Origin: Eledone cirrhosa
Taxonomy: Eukaryota
Assembly (NCBI GenBank): GCA_964016885.1
Contig: OZ024740.1
Span: 157,108,001 to 157,172,000 of the forward strand
DNA: 64,000 nucleotides
Direction: 5' to 3'
Below the pieces are notes generated by a model that had not been told where the DNA came from, did no database searches, and saw only the letters and a program-made list of their open reading frames with translations. Of the stretch, positions 54,500 to 64,000 are shown piece after piece. The translations under genes and the position numbers were made by a program. Position 1 is the stretch's first letter; each line of letters begins with the position of its first letter.

Positions 54500-54912
54500 T
54501 ACTATATGAACATGCCAGACAAATCTGACCTAAGAGAAGTATAAATAAATAAACAGACTAAATAAAGATGGCGTAGGCATGCGATAGAACAGGGGGAAAC
54601 ATAATAGCACGACTGACGATGTTGCAGATGTGCAACGAAAGAACTTTGTTATACTATATATATGTGTTTGTGTCTATATTGTATCTGTATTTTTGACCGT
54701 TGGTCAGTCAATAGTAACATTGAGGACCGAGTAAATTAAATTAACCGATATAAAAGACACAAGCGAAAACCAACCAAACAGTGAGTGTGTTCTGTTATTA
54801 ATTCTGGCAATATTATTATACACAAATATGACCTTTCACAAGTATAACAATATTTGTTTCGACACACGATTTCATATCAAAAACCTCGCAAAAATAATTC
54901 ATCGCCGTTATG
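54500..54912 (+). mobile_element. Pseudo-LTR of the 5949-6540 family with an imperfect HHR
   Basis: aagatggcgtagg motif; CTGACGA t gttgca-gatg-tgcaac GAAA gaac TT at ~54613-54646; terminus homologous to 5949-6035. Confidence 0.65.
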
Positions 54913-55032
<120 letters not shown>

Positions 55033-55493
55033 TGTGGATATATATATAGAGAGCGAGAGCGACAGAGAGAGAGAGACGAAGAAGAAGAAAGACAGAAAAA
55101 AGAGATATGTATGGCTATAATTATTATCATTTTATGAGATTTCACTGTGAGATGTTAGTTTGGTTTAGTTGTGTATGGATGTGTGTGCGTATGTGTTTTA
55201 TTATGTGTGCAAGAGTGTGCGTGTATATGTGTATAATTATTTGTAGCAATTTATGGAAATAATAGAAGCTTAACTGTATGGTTATAAATAATACAGACAC
55301 ACGCGCTTACGCATGCACACATATACGTACACAAACGTTCTCCCAAAGATAAGACAACGCGATAGACAGATTTAAGTTACAGAAATAGAATTCTAATAAT
55401 ATACATGAGTACACATATATATGTCTCTGCGTGAGATTATGTATGTGGTTGCGAAATATACATTGACAGAGGTCATAATTTCAAGCCCAATTA

Positions 55494-56126
55494 TAATAAT
55501 GATATACACACGCGTACATATTACACACACTATGATGTATAATGATACGAATACACTTATATGTGAGCACAGGTGTTTTTCTATATGCCCCATAGAAATC
55601 TCTAACAGAAGCCTTTTTATAATCGCTTAGGTCTGTTATTAATGAGTGGTCTATTCAATACTACATACGCATGCACACACACACATACACACACACACAC
55701 ACATACACACATGTATCATGTGTTGGCTATAATTGGAAAACACATTTTACTTTGAATACGATACATAGGCATAAACACACATACAAACAAAACACACACA
55801 CACCTGCATGTGTATATATATATACATATTTGTGTGTGTGTGTATATCTATATATATATATACACATACACACACATACACACACACATACACATACATA
55901 CACATATATATGTATATATATATATAAATACATACATACAAATATATATTCATATATATATATGTATATAGTAATGATATTGGATTTAAGGGATTATAAA
56001 AAGGCTTCTGTTAAAGATTTCTATGGGGCATATAGAAAAACACCTAAGCTGGATTGTTGTGCTCACATATAAGTGTATTCGTATCATTATACATCATAGT
56101 GTGTGTAATATGTACGCGTGTGTATA

Positions 56127-56137
<11 letters not shown>
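55494..56137. repeat. ~140-bp inverted repeats with a microsatellite spacer
   Basis: 55494-55633 is the reverse complement of 55983-56137, with a ~13-nt indel. Confidence 0.85.
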
Positions 56138-56167
<30 letters not shown>

Positions 56168-59100
56168 GTCGACCTACGTAGTAAATCGTATCATCGTGAG
56201 CTCCGCAAAGGTTTGTTATTTTCAGTTGTTTAAAATTGCCATTTATGGAAAAAGTTTTATTGTTAACTGTATATAAGTGCACATACATTGATTTCTGAAA
56301 AGGACACTCAAAAATATTGGGGCTTTGAGCCCAAAATTTAAACTTTTTATAATTATCAAACAAAAAAAAATTTCTTTAAAAGATCATGGCCGACTCAGAG
56401 TCACACCTTCCTCACAAACTAACACCTCACACCGACACCACCATTGTAAATATTACTACGTTTGCCAACACTAAAAATATAAGCAGTAGCAATATTTTAA
56501 ATTTGTCTCAGGCAGCACATTCATTTCCCGCCATTACCAAGGACTGCCGGTGTTAAAGCCGCCACCCCCACCACCACCACAGCGACAACAGAAACAAAAG
56601 AAAAAAATAAATTAACTCGTGATATCGAAATGAATTCAACCAAAATGAACTCTTCCACACCGAACACCACTGACGCCACCACCACCACAACTGAAACTAA
56701 AATTAACAATAACAAAAATAACGATAACAGCAACAATGAAATTAAGAAAACCACCCTGAGTTTTTCCAAAGTAGCAAAACAGTGCGAAGTATTCCAGGTA
56801 ACTCAGGAGGAATTAGAAGAAGCCAAAAAAATGGTAAAGAAAGATGGGTACAGGGTCAGCCTCCCCCCCCCCCCCCCACACACACACACCTAATAAAATG
56901 GAGCATCGGCGCCTATGCACCGTGTCTTATCGGACGATTAGCATAAAATCGCGCCGAGTGGAACGGGCATCCGAGTCCCAAATCCCAAAAGCTTTGGGAC
57001 ATGTGTCGGCAAAAAAAACCCACATCAGACATGAGCAGAAATATGGAACCGTGGACGTGTTCTTTGAAACACCACATGAGGCCAGAGAACACTCCATTCC
57101 CCCATTAAGAAGTGACGACTTCACACTCGTCCCAAACTATTGTGGCCAGAGACTCGTGAAGATCAGGGTGACCCATGTTCCACCGGCCATCTAAATTCCC
57201 TGGCTAATAGCTGCCGTCCTCGCCGGCATCGAAGCCAACACCAAGATAATCGAAATAGCGAAAGAAAAGCAGGAGAACTGGTCCGGATCTGGGATGGAGC
57301 TCCTGATCCAAGCGGCACATGTGGGTCCTTGATCAATTTAGATCAGACGAAAGCTTTCGATAGGGTCGACCATCGTTACCTAGCGGCTGGCTGTTGGCCC
57401 GTCTTCAGAGGCTGGATCGCTGCCATGCACAGCGACATCTGCTCTGTGGTGAGAGTGAACGGTCACCTTTCGGAACCATTCAACATCATGTGCTCGGTCC
57501 GCCAAGGATGTCCCCTTTCAGCCCTCTTGTACGTATTGACTCTCGAACCATTACTGCACAGACTGGAGACGTTGAGGGGGGTCCCGCGCGAACTAGGATG
57601 CGGAAGATCCTTGTCAGCATATGCGGACGATGTCACCGTAGTGGTGCCGAACGCCAAACACATCGAGGCGACCGACACTACACTAAGAGAATACAAAGCG
57701 GTGACAGGAGCAATGATCAACCAAGAAAAGTCAGTGGGCCTGCAGCTCGGCACCTGGAGAGGCAGGTCCATGCCGTCCAACAGCGTCGTCGGGCGCTGGA
57801 CGGACGGACCGGTTAAATTGCTAGGGGTCTGGTTCGGTCCGGACCTCCAGACAGACAAAAACTGGGCCGAGGTGACGAGCAGGGTGGCTTCTCTCACCCA
57901 GAAATGGGCGGAGAGGAAGCTATCTCTGAAAGGTCGAGCGGAGGTGACTAACGCGTACATCGTGTCCGTCATCTACTACCGCTTGACCGTCGTACCTTGT
58001 CCTAAGCCCCGCCTGACTGACCTGGAGCGTTTGTTCTTTCGCTTTTTGTGGAAGGGGCGCGCTCCGATGGTCAGGCGGTCCATCTGCTGTCAACACCCGC
58101 TACGTGGAGGGCTGGGCATGCCGTGGCTGATGATGCGCAGACACGCGCTCAGGCTACGACATCTCCACCTCTTCCTCGACGGTGATCAGGTGTGGTCGCC
58201 GTTTACTAGACACGTCTTTCCCCAGCTCGTCTCCTTGACGGAGCTGCAGTCCTGGGTCAAGCGAAGACCGAGAGGTAGCGCTTGGAGACTGGAATGTCTT
58301 CAGGCGCTCAACCAATCGGGCAATGTGATCGGTGGAAACTCCACCTTGGCGTTCTATAGACGATTAGTGGAGGGGAAGAGCGATGACGTACTTGGAGAAA
58401 CTCTAGGCGTCGACGAAAATCAACTAGCCAATCTCTTTGGAAGGACTTTCGGGCCGGGGCCTATGGACAACTTCCAGAAATCCCTGGCCTGGCAGTGCTA
58501 CCGAGGAGCTTTGCCAGTTCGGGATAAACTCTACAGGCATGGAGGTGCTGTCAGCCGGGCATGTCCGAGATGCGCGCAGGGCGACGAAACCGTCCTGCAC
58601 GCACTCGTCCAGTGTCCGAGCATTGCTGACTTGTGGGTTTATGTCGAACACCTGCTGTCACGTGTAGGACGGATCCAGCTATCAGCTGAGTCCATCGTGA
58701 GGATTGCCCCGCCCTCTTCCTTTAGCCGGGAAGGGCAGGCAATTTTTATCTGTCTGGTGGCCATGGCGAAAGAGATAGTATGGTGGACACGTTTGAAAGG
58801 GCTGAAGACGAGCACTTACCTCTTCGGTGATGCCCTGATTAACTTTTTCAAATTTCATTTGAAAAGGAGAATTAGGGTAGAGAGGGAAGTGCTCTCTTCC
58901 CAGCATTTTGTTGAAAGATGGGTGAGAGAAGCAAGTATGGCCCGAGTGAATGGGCCTACTCTGAGTATGTGTCTGTAAATTAAAGGTGGAAAACTGGGAG
59001 AGGGCACTTGCCCTGGTGGTCAGGGTCACTGTTGCCTTTTAATGGGCTTTCTCCACAAATGTCCCTCGGAAGTCTCCCCCCTATTGGGGAATTTTTCATT

Positions 59101-59221
59101 GTTATTTTTTATTACATCCTCTGTTTCTTTACACGCAGAAATGCCCATTTGTACCGTCCTGTATTGTCCTGCACTGTCCTTAATGTCTACTTTATGTAAA
59201 CCCTTGTGGTTAATAAAGAAA

Positions 59222-59223
<2 letters not shown>
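56168..59223 (+). mobile_element. Tx1/L1-clade LINE, internally deleted, in an (ATT)n tract
   Basis: Frameshifted ORF1 from ATG 56386 is fused near 57320 to the RT. AATAAA precedes an (ATT)n tail, and (ATT)n is also immediately upstream. Confidence 0.88.
57320..58978 (+). pseudogene. LINE ORF2 RT and C-terminal zinc finger; no endonuclease
   Basis: LINLDQTKAFDRVDH, VRQGCPLS, AYADD, KLLGVWF, LSLKGRA, GGLG, CPRC..ETVLHALVQC. Confidence 0.92.
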
Positions 59224-59264
<41 letters not shown>

Positions 59265-59564
59265 GTATGTCCATATGATGACTATGTGGATTTATATTTA
59301 TATACCAAATGGTTTGCACGTGTATTTTTATGTTTCCATTTTTATCTTTATTGTTTTTAAATTGGGGTTGTAATTGTTTCAGACTGTGTTGGATTAATGT
59401 ATAAATTTTGAGGTTTTGCATATTTGTTTAAAATAATTGTTTGTTATGCTCTAAGAATATAAACATTCACACACACACACACATATTCACACAGATATAC
59501 GTATATGTATGTATTTATGTATGTATATGTATATATAACGTTTATATATTATGTGTGTCCGCGT

Positions 59565-59597
<33 letters not shown>

Positions 59598-59608
<11 letters not shown>

Positions 59609-60135
59609 TTATATATGATGGCTGCAAACTCTGCTAAGAGTATTGCAATCGCTTGTCAGATTATAGAAAATGGTGCACTTTTAGGCTCGGCCAGCCATAC
59701 GAACCTGTAACATATCCTCAACAAGCAGTGCCTGTGCTTTGAAGGTTTTTTTAAGTGAGGAAAGGCCTTGCACTCGACCAATCCCATTCTCTGAGCATCG
59801 AAAACATTACCCGAAAGGAGAACTGGTCTACATCATCGGATGCTTCCGAAACCGCAGGGTTTTTTTATTTCAGTTTCCATCTCCTAGCACGATGTTGTGA
59901 TAACATCTGGGGGCCTTTCACTTTTCCCAGGTGGAAAATTTAAAAACTAGTATTTGGATGGCCGTACACTCTGGTGAGTTCCTCCACCCTTTGCTGGGTT
60001 TTGTATTTCAACCAGCATGGTGTCCAAATATCACCGTCCTCACCAAGCTAGCTTGGTGGGGTTGCCGGTTTAGTTGCCGACCATGAGACAAGTTGTACTG
60101 TGTTACATGTTACCAGTAGCACTCGAGACCGACCT

Positions 60136-60137
<2 letters not shown>
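59598..60137. repeat. Unclassified GC-richer insert between TA tracts, possibly a LINE 5' UTR on the - strand
   Basis: Composition shift and (TA)n flanks only. No recognisable protein motif. Confidence 0.3.
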
Positions 60138-60189
<52 letters not shown>

Positions 60190-60764
60190 AGTGGAAGCTT
60201 AGTAAAATCGAAGCTTTGGCTGTGGCCAAGCAAAGTCGACCTACAATAAGGAATGAGTAGCAAAGCAATCAATAAGGGTAGGTCCTGAGAGTAATAACAT
60301 ACGTTTAAATAGATTGACAAACTGAAAATTGAGGTAGGCAAAACCCAACGATACAATACCAAAACAACGAAAGAACTAATCAGGTTATATATATATTCAA
60401 GAAAACCAATACAAGAAAACAAAATAATTATAGTATATTAGTTTAACGCTTAGTTGAATTAGAAAATAGCCATAACGTTTCGAATATTAATCTTTCATCG
60501 GAAGATAGAGACAGGACGACGAGGAGTTGTGTAAGACATACACTAAAATCGAAGATGGGGGAGGATAAAAAATGAAAACATGGAAAAACGAAGCGAGGGA
60601 AAAATACGAATTGTTACCATTTATCCAACTTAATGTGCATTTTGCAGACTATATATAGGTCGTTCTCTCTATATATATACATATATCTTTTAATTTGAAT
60701 CATTGATGCTCTGGGCAAATGTCCATTGAGCTTTTCTATTGAATATGTTGTGATACCTTAAATT

Positions 60765-60765
60765 A

Positions 60766-60836
<71 letters not shown>

Positions 60837-60842
60837 AGCGTG

Positions 60843-60910
<68 letters not shown>

Positions 60911-61462
60911 TTATATTTTATGTATGTACGGTTTATATATTTGTTATTGTATGTGTGTGTATTTATATATTGTATGTATGTATGTGTATTCATGTGTTTG
61001 TGTATGTCCGTATATGTGTGAGTATGTCCATATTTGTACGTATGTACATATGTGCATATATATGTATATGCATGTGTGTATATGCGCGTGTATATGTGTG
61101 TGTATGCATATGTAGATATTTATATATAGTTATGTGTGTGTATGTTTGTATGTATGTATGTCTATGTACGTGTGTTTGTATATATGGGTGCATGTATGGG
61201 TGCATGTATTTATGTATATAGATATATATGTGTGTAAGTGTGTACATGTGTGTATTTACATATATATATGTATCTTTATGTATATATACATATGTGTGTA
61301 TGTTTTTGTTTATATATGTATATGTGTGTGTGTGTATGTAAATATATATATATATCTTTGTGGGTATGTATGTATATATACAATTGTATGTATATGTGAG
61401 TGTATGTATATATGTGTGTGTTTGCGTGAGAGTTTATATATGTATGTATATCTATCTATCTA

Positions 61463-61550
<88 letters not shown>
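60765..61550. repeat. Compound (TA)n/(TG)n/(GA)n low-complexity tract
   Basis: Seen directly. Confidence 0.95.
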
Positions 61551-61579
61551 AATATACACGGGTGTGTATGATTGTGTAT

Positions 61580-63780
61580 AGAAGATTATATTAATAAGAG
61601 GAATTCCAACTTTGTCTGATTTACTCGTTTTATTTACAATCCTTTAAAATATATAATGGTATTATAATGAAATAGTATGATAGAATATTAAATTCTAAGT
61701 GTTAATTGAACAAGTACGTTCATGCTTTCGCAATCTTCAGGTTCATAATATGTGGTGACAGTCAAGTTTGCAATTTTCAACTGTAATAAGATGGGTAAAT
61801 TTCCTACCTTTTATACATTTTATACAGAGAAAAGTGGCTCCAGAATGCTAAACCCTATAAACTGTATTTCGACCAATCAGTGTGTAGTTTCACTGAATTA
61901 CTAAAGCTGATTGGTTTAAGCGTCACGGCTGGTTGAGCATGTCTAACGACCAATAATCATATCCAAAGCATCAATTGTTTTGCTATTTTTAGAAATGATG
62001 AAAATAGCATTTTCTATTAATCATCACCATCAACATCACTTTTATTATTATTATTATTATTGTTGTTGGTGTTGTTGTTGTTGTTAGTGGTCGTAGTCAG
62101 AGTGGTAGTAGAAGTAATACCCCTAAGCGTTATTATTGTTCATTTAGCTTGGGTTTGAATTTATCAATAAAATTCTTTTCTTTGATTTTTCTCTTGATTT
62201 CACTTGGGCTGTGTAATTTGACCACATGTTGCTAGATGGTTACTTAAGGGTATCTGACGGACATTTGGGTCTCTGATTTGTTGACGGTGTACCCGTGCAC
62301 GTTCCGATAGTGCATTTCCAGTTTGACCGACATATAGTTCTTCACAATTCGGGCATTTAATGCAGTAAATTAGATTTCTGCTTTTGCAGTTCATATTTGC
62401 ATTTGGGAATATTTTTCCAGTTTTTGTTTTCATATATTGACCGGCGTGTATGGATTGACATGTGCCGCATCGACTATCATTGCATTTAGATACAGTGGAT
62501 GATTGGTCTTTGTTGTTAAGGTCAAACTTTGCTTTTGTTAGTAATTGCTTCAACTTTTTTGGCTGTCTTTTACTAAGAGTCAAAGATCGATCTGTGATTA
62601 AGCCTTTTAATTCATTACTTTGAGCAATGATCGGTAGGTTTGCTTTGGCAGTGTTGAAGATATTCTGGTGACATGGGTTGTGTGTCATTATAAATGGTAT
62701 GACCAGTTCTTGGTTTCTTCTTCCTTGGGTTGTCCTAAGTTGTTGTATAGGTATTTTTATAGCCCGCTGTATGCCATTTTCTATAAGTAGAGATGGGTAT
62801 TTTTGTTTGAGCAAAAATTCTCTTAGTTCTGTTAGGCGTTTGTACCTGGTATTCGTATCTTCTACAATGGTACAAATTCTTCTGGCTAAGCAGTATGGGA
62901 TGTTGCGTTTTGTATGAGGTGGATGGCACGACTTAAAATTCAGATATATTTTCAATGTACTTTCTAAAGTCAGTACTATATTTTTCCTCTATTTCTTGGT
63001 AGAGTTGTTGTTCTAAGTATCCCATTACAGAGTTCGCGTAAACGGGAGCAAACTTCGTTCCCATCGCTGTGCCTCTAATTTGGATGTAATTCTTTCCATT
63101 GAAGAAGAAAGTGTTGTTTTCCAGAATAAGTTTAACTGCGTCTAATATAAATGGCGCTGTGAATCTAATGGGAATCATTTCTCTGTGTTTTTCCACCCAG
63201 TATTTAACCGCCTTTATTCCTAAATCATGTGTAATGTTGGTGTAAAGGCTTACCACATCAAAACTGAGTAGAAGTGAATTCGTTTCCGTGGTTTTGGGAA
63301 GATGGGACAGGAAGTCGATATCATCCCGGATGAAACTGGGTATGTGAATACATAGTGGTTTCAAAATAATGTCAACAAAATTGCTTAGACGGTGGGTGGG
63401 GCATGTTGGACCAGCTATAATAGGTCTAAGTTTTAAGTCTTTTGGGTGTAATAATTTAATGTACTCACTGTTTTGTTCTCTTACTGCCAGTTGTATTTCT
63501 TTTGACTTATGAACTTTCGGTAGGCCATACAGGTTGCTGGGTTTCGGCTCAAAATTGGTGATGTAGTCTCTTTCCTTATCAGTAAATGAGTTGTGGTATT
63601 TTGAAGCCAGGTTGTTGATCTTCTTCATGATGTTGTGGTCTATATTTGACGGTATTTCATGATAGAATGTTGTGTCTTTCAGTTGTTCCTCGACCAAATC
63701 CTTGTAGTATTCAGTATCCATTATAACAACTGCACCCCCCTTTATCTGCTTGTTTAATTATTATTGTTTTATCATTTTAT
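61580..63780 (-). mobile_element. Penelope-like element (Neptune/Poseidon-type), truncated and internally deleted
   Basis: ADKGGAVV, LYGLPKVHK, LRPIIAG, SFDVVSLYTNI, GTAMGTKFAP, SCHP, C..RC.TC..CKSRNLIYCIKC..C..LYVGQT..L..R..HR..I, FKPKLN. The YxDD motif is missing at a deletion near 62950. 3' HHR-like motif. Confidence 0.92.
61707..61745 (-). ncRNA. Decayed minimal HHR in the PLE 3' region
   Basis: tgaac CTGAAGA t-tgc-gaaa-gca-t GAAC gtac TT gttca; A15.1 is replaced by C. Confidence 0.55.
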
Positions 63781-64000
63781 CATTATATATATATGCACAT
63801 GTATATGTACGTATACATATGTGTGCGTATGTTTGTATGTATGTCCTTGTACCTGTATATATATATATATACATACATACATATATATATATATATAACC
63901 AAGCAAATTATAAACGTAAACATGTAAGTATGTTTTTGAAACGGTGCGCGAGTTTGAAATTAGAAATTAGAAATTATAAGCTTTCACCGTATTTTAGACT

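Overview
AT-rich animal genomic DNA, most likely a coleoid cephalopod such as Octopus (inferred from the SINE types and microsatellite load). The only host coding sequence I can support is three + strand exons (384-478, 9736-9898, 11494-11650) of a class B1 (secretin-family, PTH-receptor-like) GPCR covering TM1 to the start of TM4. The rest is probably intron. It holds a decayed autonomous Helitron with non-autonomous relatives, three Penelope-like retroelement (PLE) ORF remnants (two Naiad-type, one Neptune/Poseidon-type), RTE, CRE and Tx1/L1 LINE remnants, many tRNA-derived SINEs and small MITEs. The most striking unannotated signal is a dense set of short non-coding modules embedded in (TA)n tracts. 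They carry minimal type I hammerhead ribozyme (HHR) motifs, about 15-18 in total, some with non-canonical cores (U3-A8, U4C). Many modules are two element 3' ends facing outward, either as palindromes or as chimeras of two different families. One contains a 92-bp tandem array of hammerhead 5' halves. All calls were made by eye and coordinates may be off by a few bases.
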